This document shows positions 29,323-38,945 of a stretch of 64,000 nucleotides of DNA, piece after piece. The stretch's first letter is position 1. Every line of letters starts with the position of its first letter. The DNA is from Candidatus Omnitrophota bacterium (GTDB lineage: Bacteria > Omnitrophota > Gorgyraeia > Gygaellales > Profunditerraquicolaceae), in NCBI GenBank assembly GCA_026387455.1, contig JAPLLR010000014.1:5052-69051 (forward strand), given 5' to 3'. Under the pieces are notes generated by a model that was given only the letters and a program-made list of their open reading frames with translations, ran no database searches and was not told the DNA's origin. A program made the translations under genes and the position numbers.

Positions 29323-30342
29323 TTAAAATTGCCTCAGGAACCTAAGGTCATTCTCAAAGAATAACCGTATGTCATTAATCCCATACTTAAGCATGGCGAT
29401 GCGCTCCACTCCCATACCAAAGGCGAAACCGGTGTATTTCTTTGGGTCAATCCCCACGTGACGGAAAACATTGGGGTGGATCATCCCCGAGCCCAGCACC
29501 TCAAGCCAACCCTTTCTTCCACATACAGAACAACCCTTCCCTTTACAGATAATACACGATATATCCACCTCTGCTGAAGGCTCAGTAAAAGGAAAGAAGT
29601 GCGGCCGAAAACGCATCTTGATATCGTTTCCAAAAACAGCCTTGGCAAAAGTTTCCAAAACACCTTTTAAATCCGAGAACTTGATATCTGTGTCCACGAT
29701 AAACCCTTCGATCTGGTGGAACATGAAAGAGTGCGATGCATCCACTGCATCCGGCCGATATACCCGACCCGGAACCACAATGGCCAAAGGCGGCTTGCGC
29801 GATTTCATCGCTCTTATCTGCACCGGCGAAGTATGGCTGCGCAAAAGCAGTTTGGAGTAATCCTTTAAATAGAAGGTGTCAAATGCGTCACGGGAAGGGT
29901 GGTCTAGGGGAATATTTAACCCAGTGAAATTATTAAACTCCGTCTCGATCTCCGGGCCCTCAACAATAGAAAAACCCAACTGGGTAAATATGGCGCAGAT
30001 CTCATCGATTACTTGGGTTAGGGGGTGTATGTGGCCAAGCTCTTGCGCGATCCCCGGCATAAAAATATCGTTGCCTGATGCACCGGAAACCTTGGTATCC
30101 TGGCCACCCGACAATGCCCTCTGTTTCTCGGCGATCAACTCATTGATACGACCCTTAAGCGCATTGGCCTCCTGGCCGAATTTACCCCGCTCCTCTTTAG
30201 GCAGCGTGGGGATCAATCCGGTAAGCTCGGCAACAATGCCTTTCCTACCCAGATATTTAAGCCGGAAATCCTCCAGCGCCTGAAGAGAGGCAATCGCCTG
30301 AATATCGGCATCTAACTGCGCTTTGATCGAGTAAATATCCAT
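29323..30342 (-). CDS. pheS: phenylalanine--tRNA ligase alpha subunit
   Basis: The class II motifs are present (FRPHFFPFTEPS, GMGVERIAML). Confidence 0.9.
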   Translation of the reverse strand: MDIYSIKAQLDADIQAIASLQALEDFRLKYLGRKGIVAELTGLIPTLPKEERGKFGQEANALKGRINELIAEKQRALSGGQDTKVSGASGNDIFMPGIAQELGHIHPLTQVIDEICAIFTQLGFSIVEGPEIETEFNNFTGLNIPLDHPSRDAFDTFYLKDYSKLLLRSHTSPVQIRAMKSRKPPLAIVVPGRVYRPDAVDASHSFMFHQIEGFIVDTDIKFSDLKGVLETFAKAVFGNDIKMRFRPHFFPFTEPSAEVDISCIICKGKGCSVCGRKGWLEVLGSGMIHPNVFRHVGIDPKKYTGFAFGMGVERIAMLKYGINDIRLFFENDLRFLRQF

Positions 30343-30794
30343 AAAACGATAAATGCTCCCAATAAGAAAATAATGAAATTTCTTTTTTTTCTACTCGGCA
30401 CATTCGGTATCAGGGTTCCGCAGGAAATCCTGCGCAACCCTTGAGCATGCAGATCCATATCTCCGCCATGCTCCGGGCAGGCCCGGTGAAAAACTCCCAC
30501 CACCTCTATCTTATCCCCGGTTTCCCGGTGGCTTCCTGTATGATCAATACCTGCGGCCAAAGATGCACTCATCCATACCCCTAAGGCATCGTCGTAATTA
30601 TAAACATTTACCCAAGCGAAATTCCCCCGCCGCATCACATCTCCAATGACCTCTCCTTCAAAGGTTATGGTTTTCCCGTCGAAGGACTTGACATTTTTGA
30701 TGATCTCAGCCACAGAAAGAGGCTGGGCGTAAAGTGCGATTGGCAGCATCATCAACGCCAGAAATCCCGATATCTGCAAAATGTTTTTTCTCAC
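30312..30794 (-). CDS. small secreted or membrane protein translationally coupled to trkH (GTG start)
   Basis: The ORF track gives 30312..30869. The probable start is the GTG at 30794, which overlaps the trkH stop as GTGA. It has a signal peptide (FLALMMLPIALYAQP) and a C-terminal TM helix. Confidence 0.45.
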   Translation of the reverse strand: MRKNILQISGFLALMMLPIALYAQPLSVAEIIKNVKSFDGKTITFEGEVIGDVMRRGNFAWVNVYNYDDALGVWMSASLAAGIDHTGSHRETGDKIEVVGVFHRACPEHGGDMDLHAQGLRRISCGTLIPNVPSRKKRNFIIFLLGAFIVLWIFTRSKRS

Positions 30795-32296
30795 TTTTTC
30801 CCCTTGAAAACTGCGAACAAAAAGCCAAGTAAAGTAAATATGGAAAGAAATTCCAGGCGGCCTGCCCACATCTGAAATATATACACAACCTTTAAACCGT
30901 TAGGCATACCTACGGAAGTGACTCCGCAAGTCAATCCCACGTTCGCCGCGGCGGATGTAGACTCAAACAAAGAGTCCAAAAACGGGTAGCCGTAAAAAGT
31001 CCCGGCGAACGCGCCCAGGATATAAAGCACCAAATAGCATAGCGTAATCATAAGCGCACTTCTGGCCAGTTTATCCTCTAAAAATATTTCTTTGATGTGG
31101 TGAAACTTCTTCACCACGATCGCTTTCTCCGGCATGATGATGCGCTTGATATCTTCGCCTAGCGCGGTAAAGATCACGCCAACCCTGAGCATCTTGATCG
31201 CGCCGGTAGTCGAACACACCGCGCCTCCGAGGGCCATGGCAATGATCACCCCCACTATCGCCAGATGGTTCCAGTCGCTCATAAATTGCTGGTCATAAAG
31301 GGTCTGAAAACCCGTCCCGGTGTGACCGGAGATCAGTTGATAAAAGCCCTTACGAAAAAGCCCTTCGGCATTAGGATATATCCCAACCTGAGTAAGTCCC
31401 ACTGCCACGATCCCAAAAGTAACCATGACCGTGATAAAAAGAGTCACTGTTTCTATATTTTTAAACACCTCTTTACGGTTTCCCGTCCAAATATGATAGT
31501 GCAGCTTGAAATTTATCGCCCCCAGGATCATAATCATGATGGTCACTATCTCATAAAGAAAACTATGGTAATAAAGGATGTTCTGCGACTGCGGGGTAAA
31601 CCCTCCGGTATCAAAAGCAGCCATGAAATTGCAGACCCCGTGGAAAAACGCGTTCATCGGCCGCATCCCTTCCCAGATCCCTACAAGGCCCAAGGCCAGG
31701 GTACCCAACACAAGATAAGTCAAACTAACGATCCAGATAAAACGGGCAGTATTTATGACGTTGGGCAGGATCCGCTCATCGCGTGCTTCACCAACATACA
31801 TCTTAAATGCGCCGCTCATCCCTTTTACAAAGAAAGACAGCGCGACAACCACCACGCCCTGACCTCCAATAAACATGATAAAATGCCGCCAAAAATTATG
31901 CGCATAGGAAAGGTGATCTAAATCCTGCACTAGCACCAGGCCGGTGGTCGCAAGACCAGACATAGCGTCAAAACAGGCGTCCAAGAAAGATTTCCAATGG
32001 CCGCTTAAATATAAAGGAATAGCTCCCAGAACCATGGCCGCAAGCCATGCCAGACTGACCACAATCATCCCGTGCATCCAGTTCATATCCTTTTCAGTGA
32101 AGCAAAAAACCGTCAGCAAGTATCCGCAGATAGTAGAGATGATAATACCGAGAACAAAATCCAGGGTGGGGTTTATTTCGCCAAAACCCAGACCTATAGC
32201 GATAGGCACAGTCATGGTCAAAGCCAAACCTAAAATGATTTTGCCTAAATAATATCCGATTATCTTCAGGTCTTCGAGGCGGGGTTTTAGGATCAT
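30791..32296 (-). CDS. trkH: TrkH/KtrB-family K+ transporter membrane subunit
   Basis: 501 aa, polytopic, with the repeated pore-helix GxG motifs of the Trk/Ktr family. Confidence 0.85.
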   Translation of the reverse strand: MILKPRLEDLKIIGYYLGKIILGLALTMTVPIAIGLGFGEINPTLDFVLGIIISTICGYLLTVFCFTEKDMNWMHGMIVVSLAWLAAMVLGAIPLYLSGHWKSFLDACFDAMSGLATTGLVLVQDLDHLSYAHNFWRHFIMFIGGQGVVVVALSFFVKGMSGAFKMYVGEARDERILPNVINTARFIWIVSLTYLVLGTLALGLVGIWEGMRPMNAFFHGVCNFMAAFDTGGFTPQSQNILYYHSFLYEIVTIMIMILGAINFKLHYHIWTGNRKEVFKNIETVTLFITVMVTFGIVAVGLTQVGIYPNAEGLFRKGFYQLISGHTGTGFQTLYDQQFMSDWNHLAIVGVIIAMALGGAVCSTTGAIKMLRVGVIFTALGEDIKRIIMPEKAIVVKKFHHIKEIFLEDKLARSALMITLCYLVLYILGAFAGTFYGYPFLDSLFESTSAAANVGLTCGVTSVGMPNGLKVVYIFQMWAGRLEFLSIFTLLGFLFAVFKGKK

Positions 32297-32410
32297 AACT
32301 TCCAGGTCAATGCCAGGCAGATAATAAACGCTGCCAGCATTATAGCAAGGGTATAGGCGACTTCGGTAATAATGCCTAAGGTTATGTTTAAGGGAATATT
32401 GATTCTCATT

Positions 32411-33073
32411 TTAAAATTTACCGGCTAAGAGATTGAGAAGTTGCGGCTCGTTACCAATAAGGGTAATAGCAATAACATCGTCACCGTTTTTAAAAACAGT
32501 ATCGCCTTTAGGAACAATAACCTCCTCACCGCGCAATACCGAAACAATAACTGAGTCCGGAGGCAACTGGATACTTTTTAGCTCTTTCCCAACCACGGGA
32601 GAGTCTTCAGGAAGATCCAGACGCACGATAGCAAGCTTGCCCCGCTTAAAACTCATGAGATTTACGAAATCCGAGAATGATACTTCTTCCTCGATAATTT
32701 TGGCAATGATCTTGGTGGAGTCAACCGGCACGTCAATGCCTAGTTGGGTGAAGGTATGCTCGTCTCCGGGATTGTTCACCCGGCCGACAGTGCGGTTTAC
32801 ATTAAAACGCTCCTTGGCCAGCTGGCAGATAATCAGATTATCCTCATCGTCACCGGTGACCGCAGCCAGTACATCCGCGCGCTCAATCCCCGCCTCTTCA
32901 AGCACGGCCGGCTCGCATCCGTCGCCGTTAATCACCAACGCTTCCAGCTCCCGGGCGATCTCCTCGCAAAGCGCTTTATCTTTTTCTACCACGCTTACGG
33001 TATGCTTGCTAACGCAAAGTCTTTTGGCAAGGTAATACCCGATCTTTCCCGCGCCTACAATAATAATATACAT
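32411..33073 (-). CDS. trkA: TrkA-type K+ uptake regulatory protein (RCK N- and C-domains)
   Basis: A Rossmann GxGxxG N-terminus (IIVGAGKIG) is followed by a TrkA-C domain. Confidence 0.85.
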   Translation of the reverse strand: MYIIIVGAGKIGYYLAKRLCVSKHTVSVVEKDKALCEEIARELEALVINGDGCEPAVLEEAGIERADVLAAVTGDDEDNLIICQLAKERFNVNRTVGRVNNPGDEHTFTQLGIDVPVDSTKIIAKIIEEEVSFSDFVNLMSFKRGKLAIVRLDLPEDSPVVGKELKSIQLPPDSVIVSVLRGEEVIVPKGDTVFKNGDDVIAITLIGNEPQLLNLLAGKF

Positions 33074-33082
33074 AATTAGCCC

Positions 33083-33730
33083 CTATTTAAGTTGAAAACG
33101 CCCGCGGACCTTGTTAAGGCTGGAGACCTTTACTACCGCCATCAGCGTATCCTTATTCTTAAGCAGCGTATGCGCTTCCGGAATAATGATCCCATCCATC
33201 CTTTTAATGGCTACCACCAAAAATTCTCCTGGCATATTGATGCCTTTGATATGCTCACCGATGAGATTGTCCTTGACTTCGATCTCAATGACTCCCAGAT
33301 CCTTGGATTCAATCAGGTAGCTGGAAAACCGGCTTTCAATGATCTTATCTCGCAACATGGACGAAAAAAGCATCGTTCCGCTGATGATATCAAGGCCCAG
33401 CGCGGTATAGATATGCGCGCGCTGTGGGTCATAGACGCGGGCAAAAACTTTAGGCACCTTGAATATCTTTTTAGCGACCTGCGCGCAGATCAGATTAGTA
33501 TTATCGCCATTAGTCACCGCACAAAAGGCGTCGGCCTTTTCGATCCCCGCCTGTTTCAAAAGCTCCAGATCAAAACCATTGCCAACAGACATTACCCCGT
33601 TAAAAGAACCGCCTAGGCGGTCGAACGCCGCACGGTTTCTATCAATGACCACCACGTTATGGCCTTCTTGGGCCAAAAGCTTGGACAGCTCCGCCCCTAC
33701 CCTGCCGCAACCAACAATTAGAATATACAT
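33083..33730 (-). CDS. trkA: second TrkA-type regulatory protein
   Basis: The N-terminus is ILIVGCGRVG, followed by a TrkA-C domain. It is a half-size paralogue adjacent to the first. Confidence 0.85.
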   Translation of the reverse strand: MYILIVGCGRVGAELSKLLAQEGHNVVVIDRNRAAFDRLGGSFNGVMSVGNGFDLELLKQAGIEKADAFCAVTNGDNTNLICAQVAKKIFKVPKVFARVYDPQRAHIYTALGLDIISGTMLFSSMLRDKIIESRFSSYLIESKDLGVIEIEVKDNLIGEHIKGINMPGEFLVVAIKRMDGIIIPEAHTLLKNKDTLMAVVKVSSLNKVRGRFQLK

Positions 33731-33731
33731 T

Positions 33732-34079
33732 TTATCCCCTGGCTAATTCCACCAGCTTTTTAAATGCCGCTGCATCTTTCACTGCTAGATCCGCCATAAT
33801 CTTACGGTCCAGAGTGATCTTTGCTTTCTTTAAGCCGTTAATAAACCTGCTGTAGGTAATATCATTTAAGCGGCAGGCTGCGTTGATACGCACTATCCAC
33901 AATGAACGAAACTCGCGTTTCTTAACCCGCCTATCCCTGTAAGCGTAGACCTTCGCATGCTGAAGCGCACGCTTGGCCTGCTGATATTGCTTACTGCGGT
34001 CACCCCAAAAGCCTTTTGCGGCCTTAAGCGTCCTCTTCTTGCGCCGTCTCGTTGCTACACTATGCTTGATCTTTGCCAT
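33732..34079 (-). CDS. rplT: 50S ribosomal protein L20
   Basis: 115 aa with the conserved L20 sequence ([12 protein letters not shown]...RDRR). Confidence 0.95.
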   Translation of the reverse strand: MAKIKHSVATRRRKKRTLKAAKGFWGDRSKQYQQAKRALQHAKVYAYRDRRVKKREFRSLWIVRINAACRLNDITYSRFINGLKKAKITLDRKIMADLAVKDAAAFKKLVELARG

Positions 34080-34091
34080 TTCATTTTTCTC

Positions 34092-34292
34092 CTATCCGTA
34101 CGGTAACATGCTTTTAATAAACGCCGTAGTCTTCCTGTCCCCTAGAGTATCCGCCCGGCGAAGTTTGCGGATCCTCTTGGATTTTTTGCACGTTGCAAGA
34201 TGGCCCTTGCCGCAGTGCGAATATTTTACTTTTCTTTTTTTAGTCAGCCTAAAGCGTTTTGCCACGCCTTTTTTGGTCTTTAATTTTGGCAT
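34092..34292 (-). CDS. rpmI: 50S ribosomal protein L35
   Basis: 66 aa (MPKLKTKKGVAKRFRLT). Confidence 0.95.
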   Translation of the reverse strand: MPKLKTKKGVAKRFRLTKKRKVKYSHCGKGHLATCKKSKRIRKLRRADTLGDRKTTAFIKSMLPYG

Positions 34293-34311
34293 TGATTACC
34301 CTCTTTTCCTT

Positions 34312-34845
34312 TTATTTAGGCGACAACACGAAAGACATGATCCTGCCTTCCATGCCCGGATTTTTCTCTACCATGCCGTTGGACTGCGTATCGGTGATAA
34401 ATTTATCCAGGATCTTTCTTCCTATGTCGATGTGCTCCATCTGCCTTCCGCGGAAGAACATGTTCACCCTTACCTTGTCATTTCTCTTTAAAAATTCAAC
34501 CGCCTGCTTTACCTTGGTCATATAGTCATGCTCATCAATATTCGGTTTAAGGCGGATCTCTTTTAATTTGCTTTGCTTTTGGTGTTTCTTGGCCTCGCGC
34601 TCTTTCTTTTCCTGATCGTACTTGAACTTACTGTAATCGATGATGCGGCATACCGGCGGCACGGCCGTGACTGCCACCTCGACTAAATCCAGCTCATACT
34701 GGTTTGCCAGGTCAAGTGCCCGCTGAATAGAAACCACTCCCAATTGCCCACCGTCGGGTCCAATCAGACGGACCTGCGCGACTCGGATCTTTTCGTTGAT
34801 GCGGATAAAATTTTTTATAGCCAGCCTCCTTTGAATTTTGCGCAT
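34312..34845 (-). CDS. infC: translation initiation factor IF-3
   Basis: 177 aa (INEKIRVAQVRLIGPDGGQLGVV). It sits in the canonical thrS-infC-rpmI-rplT order. Confidence 0.9.
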   Translation of the reverse strand: MRKIQRRLAIKNFIRINEKIRVAQVRLIGPDGGQLGVVSIQRALDLANQYELDLVEVAVTAVPPVCRIIDYSKFKYDQEKKEREAKKHQKQSKLKEIRLKPNIDEHDYMTKVKQAVEFLKRNDKVRVNMFFRGRQMEHIDIGRKILDKFITDTQSNGMVEKNPGMEGRIMSFVLSPK

Positions 34846-34890
34846 ACGACCAAAGCAAACGCTCCTGACGGGATACCGTCAGTCGCAGTA

Positions 34891-36609
34891 CTATTGGCGT
34901 TGTGCGATTTGCTGTTTAATACTTTTTATGAACTGGGCCAAAGGTTGTGCCCCCTTGTCCCCAACACCTTTTTTTCTCACTGCCACCGCTTCCTGCGCCG
35001 CCTCTCGCTCACCTACCACCAGGACATAAGGAATCTTGCTTACCTCAGCGTTGCGGATCTTTTTATTCAAAGTCTCGCTACTGTCATCGATTAAAGCGCG
35101 GATTCCCTCGTCCAACAAAGCCTTCTTTACTCCTGCCGCGTAAGCGCTAACTGTATCTTTGATAGGAATAATCACCACTTGTTCCGGAGAAAGCCACAAG
35201 GGCAACTCGCCGTTATAATGTTCTAGTAATGCGCCGATAAAACGCTCTAAGCTGCCCAGCAAAACCCTGTGCAACATGACCGGCTGTTTTTCTTTTCCGT
35301 CGGAATCAATATAGGCCAGGTTAAACCTTTTAGGCAGCGCAAAATCACATTGTATTGTCGCGCACTGCCAGGAGCGCTTCAGCGCATCCTTTAATTTAAT
35401 ATCGATTTTTGGGCCATAAAATGCGCCATCCCCCTCGTTGATCTCATAATGCAGACCCTTGGCTTTTAAAGCGCCTTCCAAGGCATCAGTCGCCCTCTGC
35501 CAATCCTCCAGACTACCGATGTATTTTTCCGGCCGGGTGCTTAATTCTATTCCCACATCATTAAAACCGAAAACCTTCATGGTCTCAAAAACAAAATCAA
35601 TGATCGCCTTTATTTCATCTTCTAATTGTTCCGGCAGACAGAAAATATGCGCGTCATCCTGAGTGAATCCCCGGACACGCAAGAGCCCATGCAAAACCCC
35701 GGCTTTTTCGTGACGGTAAACCGTGCCCAGCTCAAAGTACCTGATAGGTAAAGCCTTGTAACTGCGGGTTTTTGATTTGTAAATCAAAATATGCCCGGGG
35801 CAGTTCATCGGCTTGATCACGCTTTCTTTATCATCTACTTTAAAGATGTACATGTTCTCTTTATAATAGTCATAATGGCCGCTGGTCTTCCAGAGTTCTG
35901 CCTGCATGATATTCGGGGTGATCACCAGATCGTACCCGCGCTTTAAATGCTGCTCCTTTTCATAATCCTCGATGATCTTGCGTAACATCGCGCCTTTAGG
36001 ATGATAAAAGACTAACCCGGCACCCGCCTCTTCATGATAGATATCAAAAAACCCTAATGCCGGCCCCAGCTTTCTGTGATCGCGCTTCTTAGCTTCTTCC
36101 AAATTCTTTAAATACTCATCTAATTCTTTTTGCGTAAGAAAACAGGTTCCGTAGATTCTCTGCAGCATGGGATTAGTCTCTATCCCGTGCCAGTAAGCCC
36201 CGGCTACAGACAATAATTTAAAAGCCTTGATCTCGCCGGTTGAGCCTACATGCGGGCCGCGGCATAGATCAGTAAAACCTTTTCCGGTCTGATAGATAGA
36301 GATTGATTCGTCCCCCAACCCCTTGATCAGGTCTATCTTATAATCCTCACCCATATTGGCGAATAGATCCAGCGCTGCCTGCTTGTTTAATTCCTCGCGC
36401 ACAAAGGGCTCATTTCTTGCGATCATCTCGCGCATCTTGGCCTCAATCTTAGCGATATCCTCGTCGGTAAAAGGTTCTTTCTTATCAAAATCATAGTAAA
36501 ACCCATCTTCGATAGAAGGGCCGATACCAAGCTTGGCCTCAGGCCAAATTTCTTTTACCGCCTGAGCCATGATGTGCGAACAAGAGTGTCGTAGAGTTGC
36601 CAGATCCAT
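34891..36609 (-). CDS. thrS: threonine--tRNA ligase. It is a short form lacking the N-terminal TGS domain.
   Basis: The editing-domain HxxxH/CxxxH motif is present (CSHIMAQAV), as are the class II motifs and the anticodon-binding domain. Confidence 0.9.
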   Translation of the reverse strand: MDLATLRHSCSHIMAQAVKEIWPEAKLGIGPSIEDGFYYDFDKKEPFTDEDIAKIEAKMREMIARNEPFVREELNKQAALDLFANMGEDYKIDLIKGLGDESISIYQTGKGFTDLCRGPHVGSTGEIKAFKLLSVAGAYWHGIETNPMLQRIYGTCFLTQKELDEYLKNLEEAKKRDHRKLGPALGFFDIYHEEAGAGLVFYHPKGAMLRKIIEDYEKEQHLKRGYDLVITPNIMQAELWKTSGHYDYYKENMYIFKVDDKESVIKPMNCPGHILIYKSKTRSYKALPIRYFELGTVYRHEKAGVLHGLLRVRGFTQDDAHIFCLPEQLEDEIKAIIDFVFETMKVFGFNDVGIELSTRPEKYIGSLEDWQRATDALEGALKAKGLHYEINEGDGAFYGPKIDIKLKDALKRSWQCATIQCDFALPKRFNLAYIDSDGKEKQPVMLHRVLLGSLERFIGALLEHYNGELPLWLSPEQVVIIPIKDTVSAYAAGVKKALLDEGIRALIDDSSETLNKKIRNAEVSKIPYVLVVGEREAAQEAVAVRKKGVGDKGAQPLAQFIKSIKQQIAQRQ

Positions 36610-36756
36610 GGATTCCTTATTTTGCTATCGAAAATACTACAAAATTAATGTACTACGCTCGCTACATCCCTTGTCGGGCTGCGCCTCGCCCCCCCCTGGG
36701 GCTCGGCAGCGCTCGCTTTAGTACAATTAAATTTTTCTTTGTCAGAAAAATTTAAT

Positions 36757-36830
36757 TGGGCCCAAGAGGACTTGAACCTCTGACCTTTGCGATGTCAACG
36801 CAACGCTCTAACCAACTGAGCTATGAGCCC
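36757..36830 (-). tRNA. tRNA-Val (anticodon GAC)
   Basis: Cloverleaf with the acceptor stem GGGCTCA/TGGGCCC and the anticodon loop TTGACAT. Confidence 0.8.
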
Positions 36831-37029
36831 TTCAACTTTACTCGTTGAAGCCACCCTAGAATAGGATGAGCCCTGGAGCACAAAAAAGTTCTATTTAGTG
36901 ACATTCCGACGAGTGTGTTAAAATTTTGCAAAAATTTTAACACATGTTACGAGTCGGAACGAAAACAAAAATCTTTATTGAACTCGACGGCACAGATTTT
37001 GCCTGAAATTGATAGCGTGCAAAATCTAG

Positions 37030-37112
37030 TGGGCAAGGAGGGAGTTGAACCCTCACGGCCTTACGGCCAAAGGATTTTAAGTCCTTCGTGTATGCCATTC
37101 CACCACTTGCCC
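37030..37112 (-). tRNA. tRNA-Leu (anticodon TAA)
   Basis: A long variable arm is present. The acceptor stem is GGGCAAG/CTTGCCC and the anticodon loop is CTTAAAA. Confidence 0.8.
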
Positions 37113-37261
37113 TCAATGAGGCCACACTTTATGGAGGGCTCGTTTCACTCGCTCCGACATAAAGTGTATGGCCGAATTGATCCCGCCGAATGCGCCAAAA
37201 TTTTCTGGCGCGAAGCGCCGTGAAATTTTGGCAGCGTTTATGAGGCGGGATAAACGGCATA

Positions 37262-37365
37262 ACTTCACCCCTCGTGTAAACGCTTGTCAATTCCTGTGGG
37301 GTGCCTCAGAAATTGACTGCGCACACTTCGGGTGATTTTGCCTAAACTAAACTACAGCAAAATTC
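37262..37365 (-). repeat. two-hairpin structured RNA element, copy A. It abuts the 3' end of tRNA-Cys.
   Basis: See copy B. Here H1 is tcaattCCTGTGGGGTGCCTCAGaaattga and H2 is ATTTTGC...GCAAAAT. Confidence 0.45.
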
Positions 37366-37437
37366 AGGCGACGAGCGGATTCGAACCGCTGGATAACTCC
37401 TTTGCAGAGAGCTGCCTTACCACTTGGCTACGTCGCC
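37366..37437 (-). tRNA. tRNA-Cys (anticodon GCA)
   Basis: The acceptor stem is GGCGACG/CGTCGCC, the T-arm is AGCGG-TTCGAAT-CCGCT, and the anticodon loop is CTGCAAA. Confidence 0.75.
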
Positions 37438-37456
37438 ATATAAAAGAACTGTAAAA

Positions 37457-37996
37457 CTAAAGAACTTTTATTGTCTCTTTAACGATTGTTTCGACCTCCG
37501 CCAAGCAGCCCACCCCCATCTTGCCACAGGCAAGCTTGCCGGTTCGCGGCTGTATAAATCTATATCCCAAAGACTTTAGTTTCTGGATGTTTCCCTGGGT
37601 GATCTTATTTTTGTACATATTCTCGTTCATCGCCGGAGCTACCAACACCGGCGCTTTTGTGGCGCAAATCACGCAGGTCAGCAGGTCATCGCAGATCCCG
37701 CCGGCAACTTTCGCAATCACGTTGGCGGTTGCCGGAGCGACCAACACACAATCCGCCTTATCAGCAAGAGAAATATGCTCTATCTCCCAGCTCTCGGGTG
37801 AATCAAATAATCCGCGGTACACATTGTTGCCCGAAAGACTCTCAAAAAGAACCGGCTTAATCAGCTCCTCAGCCTCCCGAGTCATCACCACTGTGACACT
37901 ACACCCCTCGGCCCTAAGCTTGCGCACGATATCGCAGGCTTTATAAATAGCCACGCTGGCGGTAACCCCTAGGATTATATTCTTAGCCTTCGCCAC
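37457..37996 (-). CDS. stand-alone flavoprotein resembling CoaC/Dfp phosphopantothenoylcysteine decarboxylase
   Basis: 179 aa with an FMN-binding fold (ILGVTASVAIYKA, PAMNENMY). No CoaB domain is fused. Confidence 0.7.
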   Translation of the reverse strand: MAKAKNIILGVTASVAIYKACDIVRKLRAEGCSVTVVMTREAEELIKPVLFESLSGNNVYRGLFDSPESWEIEHISLADKADCVLVAPATANVIAKVAGGICDDLLTCVICATKAPVLVAPAMNENMYKNKITQGNIQKLKSLGYRFIQPRTGKLACGKMGVGCLAEVETIVKETIKVL

Positions 37997-37997
37997 G

Positions 37998-38213
37998 TTA
38001 ATCCGCGCTCTTTGCTTTCTTCCACTGCAGCTTCCCCTCGACGATTTCCTGCAGCGCCACAGTAGAAGGCTTCATATCTAAAGGTGCACTTACCATCCTG
38101 GGCTGGCCCTCAGCGATCTCTAGCGCCCGACGGGAAGCCAAAATCACCAATTTATAAACCGATTCACGAGTATTGCTTTTATCTAAAAGTTTTTCCAAAG
38201 CCACGTACCCCAT
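37998..38213 (-). CDS. rpoZ: DNA-directed RNA polymerase omega subunit
   Basis: 71 aa with the RpoZ core (SVYKLVILASRRALEIAEG). Confidence 0.85.
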   Translation of the reverse strand: MGYVALEKLLDKSNTRESVYKLVILASRRALEIAEGQPRMVSAPLDMKPSTVALQEIVEGKLQWKKAKSAD

Positions 38214-38225
38214 CAGCTACCTCCT

Positions 38226-38360
38226 TGCGCAGTAAGCGCAACACTGGCCTATCCTTTAAGGCCAGGTGTAAAGCAGAAAGCGCAACACTGGCCTATCCTG
38301 CCCAGAATGGGCGCACTTGGCAATCATTTATGCCAAGGTGCTTTAAGGCCAGGTGTATTA
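38226..38360. repeat. tandemly duplicated hairpin element in the rpoZ-gmk spacer
   Basis: AGCGCAACACTGGCCTATCCT and TTAAGGCCAGGTGTA each occur twice. The CTGGCCT/AGGCCAG stem is present, and the second unit carries an extra nested hairpin. Confidence 0.5.
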
Positions 38361-38366
38361 CCTATC

Positions 38367-38945
38367 TTAATGCATCTCTTCTAAAACGATCCTTCGTAAT
38401 TCTCTTACCGCTCGCTCCAGATTTTTGTTTACAATAGTATAATCGTAATGACGCGAAGTGTTAAGCTCTTCCTTCGCTAGCCTCAAACGCCTGGCTATCT
38501 CTTCCTTCTTGGTCTTCTGACAGCGTTTCTCAATCCGCTGGCGCAGCGTTCTTAGCGAAGGCGGAAGAACGAAAATAGTGACCGAGTTGCGCGGGAAAAG
38601 CCGCTTTACCCTGAGCGCTCCCTTTAAATCCAGACATAAAATAATGCATTTACCCTGCTCCAGCTGCTTACTAACGAAGCCCCTGGACGTTCCATAATAA
38701 TAACCTAAGTATTTCGTCCATTCAAGAATTTCTTTTGCCTTAAGCCTGCGCTTAAAATCCGCATCTTTCAGAAAAAAATAGTCTCGGCCATGCCTTTCCC
38801 TGGAACGCTTCGGCCGGGTGGTAAAAGATACAGACTTGGTGAATTTTCTTTTGAGTGAGGCGTATTCCAGCAGCTTGTCACGTAGCGTTGTCTTACCCGA
38901 TCCCGACGGCCCGGATATGACTAATATTTTGCCCCGTTTATTCAA
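38367..38945 (-). CDS. gmk: guanylate kinase
   Basis: A P-loop (ISGPSGSGKTTL) and the GMP-binding motifs are present. Confidence 0.9.
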   Translation of the reverse strand: MNKRGKILVISGPSGSGKTTLRDKLLEYASLKRKFTKSVSFTTRPKRSRERHGRDYFFLKDADFKRRLKAKEILEWTKYLGYYYGTSRGFVSKQLEQGKCIILCLDLKGALRVKRLFPRNSVTIFVLPPSLRTLRQRIEKRCQKTKKEEIARRLRLAKEELNTSRHYDYTIVNKNLERAVRELRRIVLEEMH

